In this document: positions 9,651 to 19,464 of the stretch, one piece after another | Position numbering within the stretch: the first letter of the stretch is position 1 | How the letters are laid out: every line of letters begins with the position of its first letter | IMG/VR virus record: IMGVR_UViG_3300020157_000004 | Coordinates: 2,279-66,278 of that record | Direction: 5' to 3' (one strand) | Origin: a virus | DNA: 64,000 nt | The notes under the pieces: generated by a model | Seen by the model: the letters and a program-made list of their open reading frames with translations, nothing else | What the model was told of the DNA's origin: nothing | Database searches by the model: none | Program-made: the position numbers and the translations under genes

Positions 9651-11669
9651 TTACACCTCCGGGCATTTAGCCCTTCCGCCGATTTGTAAATGAATTGCCG
9701 AGAAGGCGGCTCCGCCACCAGTCCCGTTTACACGAAGCTCGAAGTAAAGATTTCTGGCCTGGAACCACATCGGCCAATTTACAGTGCTGGCCGGGGTTGT
9801 CCCAGCGATTCCAGTCAAAGGACAGGCGAGAGACTTGGGGTTCATGTTCCGCCAAACCACTCCGCACCCGGCTCCCCCACTATTGGAGTCAGCCGCCGTT
9901 GCGGAAACCCCGATCCGAAGGTTCAGGTCATTTGGCGTGGTCTGTGTTTCTGCGTAGAATTCCACGTCGAGCTGCTTGATCTCTTTTATGTCGGAGGGAG
10001 CGCGGAAGGCTATCGGGCCGCTCCGCATTATGCTGCTGTATCCATCTCGACGATAGGCTCCGCACGCTGTAAATGCTGTGCAGAACTCCCTGTAATAAAC
10101 TCCGCCATCCTGCTTCAGGCAGTAATCGGAAGCTGAAGCGAAGACGAGCAATGCGTCCACCGAGCACTCGCGGCATTCCGCCTCCAGATCAAGCGAGTTC
10201 AGGTAGGCGCACAGTTCCCCGTCAGGCGAGGTGTCCCAGTAGTTTTCAATCTCCTGACCACCGCTACCCTCCATCCGCTCCGTAGTGAAACTGCTGGTCG
10301 TGTTTGTGGTGCATCCGGAGGCGGCGGGTGAAACGCAGGGGGTTCCTTCCTTGATTGATGGCGATATAAAATCCGCAAGCAACGCCAGATCAGCTTCCGT
10401 GCAGAAGCACTTGCCAAGCACCTCAACGTCAATGTCCGGCCTTAGATCAGGCGCGTGGTTCAAGGCCGCCGTAAAGCCGAAGTCGATGATGTCTGCGTGC
10501 TGGTATTCAAGGTTGAAGGCAATGGTCCGCTGAGGAAGCGCGGATGAGGTCTCCACCCACGAGACCCGGTATTCCTTGGACGGCTGATGGTAGCAGGCAG
10601 TGTGTCCAAGGCAGGTTGTGAAGCTGATGGTGTTGAATATCTCCGAGCTTCCAAGGTGCATCCACGCAACCCGCTCCGGCTTGGGAAGGAACAGGTTGAA
10701 ATTGTAAACCCCGTCACGGCCCAGGAAGTAATGATCCTGACCGCTGGAGGCAAGTGTGTTTGGAAAAGCGAGGCAAGCCTCACCAGACTCGGGCTGCGAG
10801 TATGCCTGACGGAAGTTGAATACTGATGCCCCTCCAATTACAGATACCTGCCAGATCGACTTGTTGGTGTAGATAAGCAGGTAGTCACCCATCTCCATCA
10901 TCTTGATGATCCGCTCCCCATATCCAAGGTCTTGGAAGCCTGCGATTGAATCATTGGCTGGGGTAAAACTGGTTGGCGCATTCAGGTCGGACCACACCAC
11001 CCGATGTGGGATGGACTGGCCATCCATGATTACGTCTCCGAGAAGAATGATCCCCTTCCATGAGTAGATCGTGGAAGCCCGCGTCAAACCGATTTCAGAA
11101 AGGGAGTCGATGTCCGAAATATCAACCGTGGCGCAACCGGTGTTCGGTTGATCCGGCTGGTCAATCAGCCACTTCTTTGGGGCGTCGTGGTTGTTGGTGA
11201 GAATTACAGCGTCATTGACTTGAGCGCACTCCCATCTTCGCTCCGGGAGACCGGACTGGGCATCACCGCCAAACGAATCGGAGATGAGCTTCCAGTTACC
11301 CTTTGTGAATCGTGAGCAATAAACCCGGTTCTGGGTGGCCGCCAGCAATCGCCGGACTCCGGTTGTTGATACAACCTCGAAGAGGGTTGTGATGGGTTGC
11401 CGGACACCGCTGCCGACGTTCACCGACCCAGTGCAACCTTCGGTTGGGCTGACGATGAGCTGGTCGTGTAAATCCTGATTGTTGTAAATGGCTGCCGACG
11501 GGATCAGTTTTTGAAACCCCTTTCTTCGGCTGGCCTTGCCAGAACTGAGCGCGTCCACGTTCTGACGCCAGCGCCAGCTACCAAATGAAACCTCCGATGG
11601 AAGCGATCTGGTATCGAGTGGCCCTGTCAGCGGGGCCAGTGTGATTGTTTTGACGCATTCGGATGGCAT
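9651..11669 (-). CDS. Tail nozzle / head-closure protein (tail tubular B / P22 gp10-like), Cys-rich
   Basis: 672 aa with beta-propeller-like segments typical of this family (RVVWSDLNAP, YLLIYTNKSIW, YFLGRDGVY); size and position fit. Confidence 0.65.
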   Translation of the reverse strand: MPSECVKTITLAPLTGPLDTRSLPSEVSFGSWRWRQNVDALSSGKASRRKGFQKLIPSAAIYNNQDLHDQLIVSPTEGCTGSVNVGSGVRQPITTLFEVVSTTGVRRLLAATQNRVYCSRFTKGNWKLISDSFGGDAQSGLPERRWECAQVNDAVILTNNHDAPKKWLIDQPDQPNTGCATVDISDIDSLSEIGLTRASTIYSWKGIILLGDVIMDGQSIPHRVVWSDLNAPTSFTPANDSIAGFQDLGYGERIIKMMEMGDYLLIYTNKSIWQVSVIGGASVFNFRQAYSQPESGEACLAFPNTLASSGQDHYFLGRDGVYNFNLFLPKPERVAWMHLGSSEIFNTISFTTCLGHTACYHQPSKEYRVSWVETSSALPQRTIAFNLEYQHADIIDFGFTAALNHAPDLRPDIDVEVLGKCFCTEADLALLADFISPSIKEGTPCVSPAASGCTTNTTSSFTTERMEGSGGQEIENYWDTSPDGELCAYLNSLDLEAECRECSVDALLVFASASDYCLKQDGGVYYREFCTAFTACGAYRRDGYSSIMRSGPIAFRAPSDIKEIKQLDVEFYAETQTTPNDLNLRIGVSATAADSNSGGAGCGVVWRNMNPKSLACPLTGIAGTTPASTVNWPMWFQARNLYFELRVNGTGGGAAFSAIHLQIGGRAKCPEV

Positions 11670-11675
11670 ACGGGA

Positions 11676-12758
11676 TTACCAGTTGATTACAACCTTTCCG
11701 CCAAGACCGGCAACACCATTAGTTTTGTCCAGCCAAAACGGACTTGAGCCGCTGTTAGCGCTTCCATGACCACCAGCGCCTCCGGTTCCATAGCCAGATT
11801 CAACCGGGGTTGTAGCTCCACCAGCACCACCATTATATCCAGAGTGGGCAGAGCCAGCAGAGCCAGCGGTAAATACAGCCCCAACTGTTCCGGCAGCATA
11901 AGAGCCTCCGGTTCCACCAGCCCCGCCACCTCCACCAGCCGAGCCTTGTTGGCCATCAGAACCGGCCAGAACCCATAGCAAAGGAGTTGTCCCTCTAAGG
12001 ATTGAGCATGATGCTGCTGTGATCTGGACGGTCAGTGTCTCGCCTGGAGTTACAGTGATGTATTGTCCAGCCAATGTGCATACCACATATTGACCTCCAC
12101 CACCACCACCACCCGCTGTAGCGACTGCAATTGAGGGTATTGCCCACGGAGAGGACGAACCAGGGTTTCCGCCCGTGCCTCCCGGTGCCCACATTTTTAT
12201 CCCGATCTTATTGGATGCTAGAGGATTCGGAACCACAAAGCTTCCACTTGCCGCAAATGATTGGCTAGTTGCGCCTCCTCCACCGGTTTGCGAATAACCT
12301 GAATCGGTCGCGGAAAACCCTGTGGTTGCCGTGGCGTTCAACGCCTTCACCGCGTAGAAGTAAACCTGAGCCAGCGTTGCCGTGGTGTCACTGTAAGTAG
12401 TGGTGGTTGCAGTTCCAATCTGCGTCATGGTTGACGTGTCATTTGTGAGACCTCTCCAGATCGAATAACTCAACGCCGTCCCAACGCTTCCCCATGTCAC
12501 CGTAACCTCAGTGGCAGAGTTTCCATCACTTGCAGAAACTCCAATCGGGGCAGTAAGCCCAGTGGTAGTGAGGCTTAGCCACGCCTTCAGATTGTCCGAT
12601 GCCGTGAGGTCGGTGTTGATGGCCCACGCAATCATCTTCGCCACCATGAACGTCATCCGGCCCGGCAAACCAAGAAGCTTGTCGCACCAGCTAGAGCTGG
12701 CGGTAGGTTGCAAAGCGTTGAAATCGTCCGGCCCGTAAGGAGGTAGTGCGTCAGCCAT
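11676..12758 (-). CDS. Tail fibre-like protein with fibronectin type III and Gly-rich domains
   Basis: FN3-like VTVTW...YSIWR...YSDT...YFYAVKA followed by GGGGG/GAGG-rich C-terminus. Confidence 0.7.
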   Translation of the reverse strand: MADALPPYGPDDFNALQPTASSSWCDKLLGLPGRMTFMVAKMIAWAINTDLTASDNLKAWLSLTTTGLTAPIGVSASDGNSATEVTVTWGSVGTALSYSIWRGLTNDTSTMTQIGTATTTTYSDTTATLAQVYFYAVKALNATATTGFSATDSGYSQTGGGGATSQSFAASGSFVVPNPLASNKIGIKMWAPGGTGGNPGSSSPWAIPSIAVATAGGGGGGGQYVVCTLAGQYITVTPGETLTVQITAASCSILRGTTPLLWVLAGSDGQQGSAGGGGGAGGTGGSYAAGTVGAVFTAGSAGSAHSGYNGGAGGATTPVESGYGTGGAGGHGSANSGSSPFWLDKTNGVAGLGGKVVINW

Positions 12759-12839
12759 AGGTTTTGCAGTTGTGCCGCTGTGTATCGTTACGAGTTTTGG
12801 GCGACTTGCAAGTTAGTTGTGCCACCACAGCGATGGAGT

Positions 12840-14147
12840 TTACTGGAACATCGGGTTGCAGTATTGAAACTTCACCGGCCTGCTTCCCATCTTCTCGCGG
12901 ATCAAAGCTTCGGTCCTTTCAATCGTGTAACCCATTCGCTCAAGAAGGTTGTTCTGGTGAAGCTCCGCCCCGATGCACCCGACGCGATCCCAGCCCGTAA
13001 ATCCAGCCAGAATTGAGTGCTCAGCACCTTCAGTGTCGATCTTTAAGAAGTCGCATTTTCCGCCGTGGCCATTAAGGGCGTCATCCAGCGTTATGCAATC
13101 AACCTCAACGGTGGGAATCTTGCCGTCAATCACAGCCTGAACCCAGCCAGTTGCTCCACCAGTGTTGGATTCGTGCATGGTCATCTCCAACTTTGAGGCA
13201 GAGCCGTCGATAGCCTTCTCGATTGGTATTACATTAAGGCAGGAGTTGCGTTTAAGATTGCCACACAAGCTCGTGTAGTTTTCGGGGTGGGGTTCGTAGG
13301 CAATAATTCGAGCTGTTGGAAACAGACGGGACAGCACCATGCTTGTGATTCCAACATTGGCCCCAACATCGAATATCAATTCCGGGTTCGGGTTGATGTT
13401 TTTGAATCCATAGCAGTCGTTCTCAAGCTCGGCCTTTACGGCTGTCCGGAGAATGGAATCTCCGAAGTCTTCAACTGCAAGTGGGAATCCGCACACAGTC
13501 ATCTGCTCAACGGTTCTCCTGTTGGTTTTTGTAGTCCCAAGAACGAACGTGCGGCTTTTGTCATTGGAATCCCTGTCTGTAATATGCTGGACGAGATTCG
13601 GGTTCGCTGCAAAAAGCATGACCCCGGTTTGCTCAAGGAACCTGGATACCATTGAATCAACATTCGACCAGCCTCCGAAATCCAACTGGTGCTGGATGAA
13701 TTCAGCCATGCTGATCCTGACCTTCTCCGTAAGATAGATCGCCTTGCAGCCATCGAAACTCGCCGGGTTCATCTGCTCCAGAGGGTAATCCTTGTGCAGT
13801 TTGCAGGAGTAAAGTGTAAGCGCGTAATCACGCACCGGAACTCTCTCAACACAGGCAAGCAGCTTGTTCTTGAAGTCCGCTGTCAATAGCAGGTCATCCT
13901 CAAGAATGAGTGACGGTCCCGTTCCATATCGAAGGGCGGCCACATAGTTTCTCGCGCACGAAAGCCAGTGGAAATCCGCAGTGTTCACCCGGTTCAGAAA
14001 CAAGCTTCCAGAAAGGTGGGAATCATCACCGCAGCAGAACACGGTTGCAGACCGCCAGTCGGGCAGCTTTTCAATCAGCTCGATCTCGGTAAGGTGGAAA
14101 AGGTTTCGTTCCGGGAATCGGTTCTTTGTGACAATGTGAATGTTCAT
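12840..14147 (-). CDS. Glycosyltransferase (GT-A-like) fused to FkbM-family methyltransferase
   Basis: N-half LILEDD and NLVQH motifs; C-half IFDVGANVG, AYEP, FLKIDTEGAE (FkbM). ATG 14147 overlaps the upstream stop (ATGA). Confidence 0.85.
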   Translation of the reverse strand: MNIHIVTKNRFPERNLFHLTEIELIEKLPDWRSATVFCCGDDSHLSGSLFLNRVNTADFHWLSCARNYVAALRYGTGPSLILEDDLLLTADFKNKLLACVERVPVRDYALTLYSCKLHKDYPLEQMNPASFDGCKAIYLTEKVRISMAEFIQHQLDFGGWSNVDSMVSRFLEQTGVMLFAANPNLVQHITDRDSNDKSRTFVLGTTKTNRRTVEQMTVCGFPLAVEDFGDSILRTAVKAELENDCYGFKNINPNPELIFDVGANVGITSMVLSRLFPTARIIAYEPHPENYTSLCGNLKRNSCLNVIPIEKAIDGSASKLEMTMHESNTGGATGWVQAVIDGKIPTVEVDCITLDDALNGHGGKCDFLKIDTEGAEHSILAGFTGWDRVGCIGAELHQNNLLERMGYTIERTEALIREKMGSRPVKFQYCNPMFQ

Positions 14148-14839
14148 AAGCCTGGCATGAATACGGTCCCGCCACCGCTGCAATGATAGTTCTTCCGGTT
14201 AAGGATGCAGTTGGGCGTCTCCTGTGAAATCTCGCAGACGATCTCTTTTCCAAGCCCGGAGGCTATCGCTAATGGCGACGACTGGTTCCCGATGAAAAGG
14301 TCAGCCCCGTTTATTACCGCAGCCAGCTTCGCGTAATCCTCTGTAGGGTAATACCGGATAGGCCCGTAGCAGCTCTCGAATTGCGCGTGCTCGGCTGGTG
14401 ATCCCACGAACACGGCGGCTTTCCCATACTTCCGATAGATTTGAATCCACGGGAAGAATCGGTTCCGGTAACGCGGAGTAAGGTTTATGACAACCCGCTC
14501 AACCTTGGTCTTGTCAGCTGTCAACCAAGGCGTTTCAAGCAGTTCAGTGTCCAACCCAAATGCCTTCAGGTGCAGTTTCCCGAGATGTTCAAAAAGAGAG
14601 AACTGCTTCCGGAACAGATCAAGGTTGTATAATACATCCCGTCCGTCATGGACGCATACCCGCTTAACGTAAGGCTGCATCTCAACAAGCGGAGCCACGT
14701 TTCTGTAATGCTTTTCCGTGAACGGAACCCTGACACCGGCATTGTTGGCCAGATGAACCACCCCGCCACCAAGAGCTTTTACGGTGCAGAGAGAATATAC
14801 TACATCCCCGGCGTCTCCTGAATGCTTGAAAGAACTCAT
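14144..14839 (-). CDS. GT9 (heptosyltransferase-like) glycosyltransferase
   Basis: HSGDAGDVV at the N-terminus; LAAVINGADLFIGNQSSPLAIASGLGK matches the GT9 C-terminal signature. Confidence 0.8.
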   Translation of the reverse strand: MSSFKHSGDAGDVVYSLCTVKALGGGVVHLANNAGVRVPFTEKHYRNVAPLVEMQPYVKRVCVHDGRDVLYNLDLFRKQFSLFEHLGKLHLKAFGLDTELLETPWLTADKTKVERVVINLTPRYRNRFFPWIQIYRKYGKAAVFVGSPAEHAQFESCYGPIRYYPTEDYAKLAAVINGADLFIGNQSSPLAIASGLGKEIVCEISQETPNCILNRKNYHCSGGGTVFMPGL

Positions 14840-14848
14840 GAGCGCTTT

Positions 14849-16540
14849 CTATTCATAGTGGTATTTGTCGTTGACCCTGGTTGATTTGCTGTTGCCGGTG
14901 TGCGTTGCAAGTGATGGCGAGCAGACCATGAATTTGACACCGGCATCTCCAAGTGACAGCGCCCACGTCCGGTCCTGAAGTTCATTGGGTGGCGGAAGAG
15001 CTGCATCAGGCAGAACCCCAATCAGGTCTCGATCCAGCGCAATGCACTGCGTCCCCCAGAATACATCCGGGTCAACATGGCCGCCATTTTCCACTCCGTT
15101 CCAGTTCAGGAATGTGGCAGCCTTGGGCCATCCATGATCGGAAAGCCATCGCGTCGCCTTCTCAATGAAGCCGTCACAGACAATCACATCATCTTCGATG
15201 AGGATGACATATCTGGAGGCTATGTTTCCAGCAGCCCTTATTGACCTCAAGGCGTCGGCATACATGCCGCATGATGGGCTGCGTATAACGGTTGCGATCT
15301 TGGATACCTCGTCGATGGTCGCCTCCCTTTCAGTGGAAATAACCGGAAGGTCGGATTCGGATACCGTCAGCAAGCTTCTGTCAATCTGACCCGACAGAAC
15401 CGACAGTGAGTCCAACAGATCGTCTTTAACCGGGCTTGAGAAACCCTTGCTCTTTCTGACCTCACTTCTGTTTATGGAAGGGATGACCACATTGACTGTC
15501 GGCAATGCTGACTTCAGTGCTTCCTCCACATAATCAACCGTTCTGTCCCAAGTGAATTCAGCGGCTCTGGCCGCCGACAGCTCCCCTTTGATTCGGACTT
15601 CATTCCGGTCATAGTAGCAGCGGCGCATCTGCTCGATCAAAGAAGCCTCGTCCATTACCACTTCATGCCCATGATGCCCGCTCCTAGCCGGGCTTAGCTT
15701 TGAGTAAGCGATGTAGCTGCATTCAGGCGTAAGAAACTCCGCGAGGCCACCAAACATGGAACCTATTACAGGAACCCCAACCGCCATAGCCTGATGCGGC
15801 ATCAAGCCCCAGCCCTCGCCACGGGACGCCATCACGAACACATCAAGGCTGCGATACCAATCCACAAGCTTGTGGGTCGGCATATACTCGTTGCTGAACT
15901 CGATTCTCGGATCAGAGCAGTGCGGTATTGCCTCTTCAGCGAACAGCTTGACCTTCAGCTTCACGTTGGCTTCAAACGGAAAGGCCGCAGAAAAGCACTT
16001 AATCGCCACTTCAACACCCTTCCGAATTCCGGACTGGGCGAAAAAACCGCAGCAACCAAATGTAAGAGGACCGTTTGATCTTGGAGCTTTCAACGAACTG
16101 TAAATCTCGGGATCAATACCAAGAGGGGTTTTCTTTATCGGGACGGTTACTCCGGCAACCTCGAACGCTTCCACGTTCATTTGACAGGGGGTGAGTATGG
16201 AATTGTATCCAGCCATTGACGCGGCCACCACGCTGGAGATGCGGGTGTATTCCCACATCGTAAAAAGCACGCTTCGCTTGGTGAGTGGTAGCTGCATCCA
16301 GTCCATCGGGGCAACGACAAGCTCAGCGTCGCATTTCGGGGAACCCCTCTCCGACTCTTCAAGGAAAGCTCTCTTGATTACGTCTGGAACACGATGTCTT
16401 GTGTTGCCGTAGAACTCGGAGAAAAGGATTGGGTTTACGCGAACATCGTGACCACGGGAACGGAGCCGCGCGAACACCTCCATGAACAACTGCCCGTAAC
16501 TGGTGTATGTGTTTACGACAGCACTTATGACGATCTTCAT
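14849..16540 (-). CDS. GT4 glycosyltransferase with C-terminal GT-A-like domain
   Basis: RKG, DVFVMASRGEGWGLMPHQAMAVGVPVI and FTWD (GT4); C-terminal ILIEDD...WGTQC...PSLATH. Confidence 0.85.
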   Translation of the reverse strand: MKIVISAVVNTYTSYGQLFMEVFARLRSRGHDVRVNPILFSEFYGNTRHRVPDVIKRAFLEESERGSPKCDAELVVAPMDWMQLPLTKRSVLFTMWEYTRISSVVAASMAGYNSILTPCQMNVEAFEVAGVTVPIKKTPLGIDPEIYSSLKAPRSNGPLTFGCCGFFAQSGIRKGVEVAIKCFSAAFPFEANVKLKVKLFAEEAIPHCSDPRIEFSNEYMPTHKLVDWYRSLDVFVMASRGEGWGLMPHQAMAVGVPVIGSMFGGLAEFLTPECSYIAYSKLSPARSGHHGHEVVMDEASLIEQMRRCYYDRNEVRIKGELSAARAAEFTWDRTVDYVEEALKSALPTVNVVIPSINRSEVRKSKGFSSPVKDDLLDSLSVLSGQIDRSLLTVSESDLPVISTEREATIDEVSKIATVIRSPSCGMYADALRSIRAAGNIASRYVILIEDDVIVCDGFIEKATRWLSDHGWPKAATFLNWNGVENGGHVDPDVFWGTQCIALDRDLIGVLPDAALPPPNELQDRTWALSLGDAGVKFMVCSPSLATHTGNSKSTRVNDKYHYE

Positions 16541-16564
16541 TGAGTTGATCCGATCAACCCGGCT

Positions 16565-17818
16565 TCAGGTCGGGTAGTAGAAGCAGGCTGCACCGTCTTC
16601 GATCTGACCGCAAATCATTCGACGGATAATCTGGAGCAATCCAAGGATGTCATAGTTGTAGCCCTCCACGTAGTAGGGAGGGTTTACGGTGTCATACGGC
16701 GTGGAGTAGTAGAGCTGGCACGTAGCGATGTCGGAAAAGAACTCGCCAATAGTTGTGGTCAGAGTGTAGGTGCATTGACCTTGCGCCCCGCCATCTCCGA
16801 ATACGGTTGAGGTTCCTGGGTTCCAAGGATAAAGCAGGAACACAATTACAATGAACCCCTCAAGCCGCATCTGCTCCGCCAGAACCCGTGGGTCCGGTGA
16901 GCAAACCTGATCCGCTCCGCTCGCAAAGATGACGACCACCTTCTTGTTTCCGGTTCGGTGACGGATGCTGTTCAGCTCGTCGTAGGAATCGGTCAGCCCC
17001 TTGCCGATGGCGTGAGCGCAGCACCACCGCTTTGATCCGGGAATCGCGTTGTCCGGATAATCAGGATCATTCGCGTCAGTGCAGTGGGCGTAATCCACAG
17101 TCACCGAATTCAGGGCGCTGACCAGTCCGGAGTAGTTGCTCGAAAGGGTGGAGTAGATTGTGTCGTGGCCGGAAGGGATCGAAGTGCGATGGTAGCATCC
17201 ACGGCAGCCAATGATTGCAGCTTGGTCGATGTCGTATTTCAGGCTGTCCAAAAACACCTGTGCGTAATACTTGAGCCACTGTAATACAGTCCAACCGGTG
17301 TGTGCCCCAATGGAAGTTGCAAGCGATTGGGACCGGCTGCCTTCGTCGATCAGGATGGAGAAGTCGATTCCGTCCCCATTGCAGGTGTCGATCGCCGCTA
17401 CCACTGTGATTTGAGCAAACGCAACCAGAGGAGTGGTAAGCGGATACCCGCTCATCCCGGAGTAGGTTGCTGTAACTGTTGACTGACCGGCCACGAGACC
17501 GGTGATAACTCCGGTCGCCACGCTGATGACACCGGAATTCCCGGCCACCCATACGGACGTGTCGGTAACTTCCTTGTCGGTTCCGTTCGAGAACTGAAGG
17601 AATGCCTTGCAGGTAAAGTGACCGCCGACCTCGCACAGCCCCCTGTCCGGAATGATTACCAACCGGCTGATGGCCGATCCGTTCGGGCATTCGGCAAGGT
17701 TGTTGGCTGCATACTCAAGGTCCAAGCAATTGGCCGCTGGTGTCACCCCGTCATCACAGGTGTCCGGAGTGTCCAGCCCACTGAGGACGCAAGCTGCCGT
17801 TGTTGGGTTCGGGATCAT
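16565..17818 (-). CDS. Ig-like (Big_2) plus von Willebrand A domain virion protein, Cys-rich
   Basis: EVTDTSVW..NSGVISV..GVITG..GQSTVTATY (Big_2); degenerate MIDAS SILIDEGSRS and KKVVVIFASG. ATG 17818 overlaps the upstream stop. Confidence 0.7.
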   Translation of the reverse strand: MIPNPTTAACVLSGLDTPDTCDDGVTPAANCLDLEYAANNLAECPNGSAISRLVIIPDRGLCEVGGHFTCKAFLQFSNGTDKEVTDTSVWVAGNSGVISVATGVITGLVAGQSTVTATYSGMSGYPLTTPLVAFAQITVVAAIDTCNGDGIDFSILIDEGSRSQSLATSIGAHTGWTVLQWLKYYAQVFLDSLKYDIDQAAIIGCRGCYHRTSIPSGHDTIYSTLSSNYSGLVSALNSVTVDYAHCTDANDPDYPDNAIPGSKRWCCAHAIGKGLTDSYDELNSIRHRTGNKKVVVIFASGADQVCSPDPRVLAEQMRLEGFIVIVFLLYPWNPGTSTVFGDGGAQGQCTYTLTTTIGEFFSDIATCQLYYSTPYDTVNPPYYVEGYNYDILGLLQIIRRMICGQIEDGAACFYYPT

Positions 17819-19464
17819 TTTGTGAGCGTGACGGTCTTCAGGACGCTTCCCGTGCGCGTGATGAACTCCACTTGGAATGAATCGCACAAGACAGTTACCT
17901 TCAGGGCACCGTAGTCAGCAGAGCTGAAGAAGGTTTCGTCAACATCAACGGTGGCTGATTTCGCCACAAGGCTGTGCCCGCCGTTTCCGCTTATGAAAAG
18001 GGCTGGTTTTCCGGCAGGTTGGATTGCCTCGAAGGAGTGGGCATGACCGCAGAACACCGCATCAACCGGAAGGTCTTCGACCCACGACAACTCTTTGTGG
18101 CCTGGCGCATAGCCACTTCCAGATGTCTTGTATGGATGGTGCATCATTACCACCTTCCACCGGCTAGTGCTTTGAGCCACACGTCGGGCGACCTCAAACG
18201 CCATCGGGCTGTTCTGGTTATTCCCCATGAAACCAACCGCTGTCCCGGCTGTGTTGAACCCGCTGTTTAAGGCGAAGAAGTGGACATTTCCGGAGACGAA
18301 ATCGTAAACGTCCGCATCCATCGCGGAGATGTAGTCTGTCAGCGGTTTACCCGGCAATGAACTGACCACCGTATCGAGGTCGTGGTTGCCCATGACCGGC
18401 CAGAACTGGTTTGTGGTGGCAGCAGTTTCACCGGAAAGAAGCGGATACGACCCGGTATAGGGGTAGATGAACTTCGCGTAATACTGACCGATGTTCGCGT
18501 CAATGGTGGCGGCCTCACCGCTTGGGTAGTTGTTATCACCCAATGCAAGGACAAGGCTCGGACTCCATGACTTGATGAGCGTGGACACATTGAGTTCCGG
18601 GGTTCCCGCTGATCCGAAATCACCCACCGCCGCGAACACAAACGGGGTTGCCGACTCATCATCCGGAACTCCGCTGTCAATAATCCTCCACCGCTTAAAC
18701 CGGACAGAAGCCTCGGACGGGTGAATCTCCTCTTCCGGCTGCTGTCGAAGTTCTTCGCGGCAATCGAACAGAATGTTGCCGTTTGCGTCAGCGAATGCCG
18801 CTGTAAATATCTGTAGCCTTAACTGATCGCAGCCAAAGTCTTTGGCATGGGCCATCTGGACGTATGCCTTTACAGCGTCCTCAAACTGAATGTCATCAAG
18901 CATCAGATCAGTGTCGGCCCAGCTCGTCTTCTTGCCCTGCCACTCAACCACCAGCGACTCATCGCTCTGAATCCAAGGCGCAACCACCAGCCTGCTCTGG
19001 TCAATCGCCCACAACCCACACAGGGATCGGCCAAATGCGGAGTCGGTTGATTGGTTGGGGTATCGGTATCCGAGTGGAAGCGACGGAAGCCCGTCTTCGT
19101 CAGGTTGGTTCACGTAGTTGGACACCAGCCCGTTTGTCCACCCACGAATATCCGCCATCGTTGAAGGGCGAAGCGCGATTGCGAAGCAGTCTGAATCACC
19201 GTCCGACCCAGGCCGAAGCGTGTAAACCCGCTTCACAACACCAACCGGTCGGTCCCCGATAACCGTTGTGCCGCACTTGAAATAAGTCCCGCACTGCTTG
19301 TAAACCGTGACGTTTGCCTGCTTTAGGCAATCGTTGTGCCTGTAAATATCCCCCATCGCCGATTGATACATCTGCGCGATCTGTGCCGTGACGTTCTCCG
19401 GGACGCCGTTGGGCCAGATTCTCTGGTTCAGCTTCGTCTTTAGGGCAAGGAAGGTTTGGCTCAC
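17815..19464 (-). CDS. Putative head-tail adaptor fused to purple-acid-phosphatase-type metallophosphoesterase
   Basis: C-terminal half has GDFG, GDNNY, GNHD, VMMHH, GHAH (all five PAP motifs). The N-terminal ~250 aa have the size, position and pattern of an adaptor/tail tubular A (adaptor call is inference). Confidence 0.75.
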   Translation of the reverse strand: MSQTFLALKTKLNQRIWPNGVPENVTAQIAQMYQSAMGDIYRHNDCLKQANVTVYKQCGTYFKCGTTVIGDRPVGVVKRVYTLRPGSDGDSDCFAIALRPSTMADIRGWTNGLVSNYVNQPDEDGLPSLPLGYRYPNQSTDSAFGRSLCGLWAIDQSRLVVAPWIQSDESLVVEWQGKKTSWADTDLMLDDIQFEDAVKAYVQMAHAKDFGCDQLRLQIFTAAFADANGNILFDCREELRQQPEEEIHPSEASVRFKRWRIIDSGVPDDESATPFVFAAVGDFGSAGTPELNVSTLIKSWSPSLVLALGDNNYPSGEAATIDANIGQYYAKFIYPYTGSYPLLSGETAATTNQFWPVMGNHDLDTVVSSLPGKPLTDYISAMDADVYDFVSGNVHFFALNSGFNTAGTAVGFMGNNQNSPMAFEVARRVAQSTSRWKVVMMHHPYKTSGSGYAPGHKELSWVEDLPVDAVFCGHAHSFEAIQPAGKPALFISGNGGHSLVAKSATVDVDETFFSSADYGALKVTVLCDSFQVEFITRTGSVLKTVTLTK

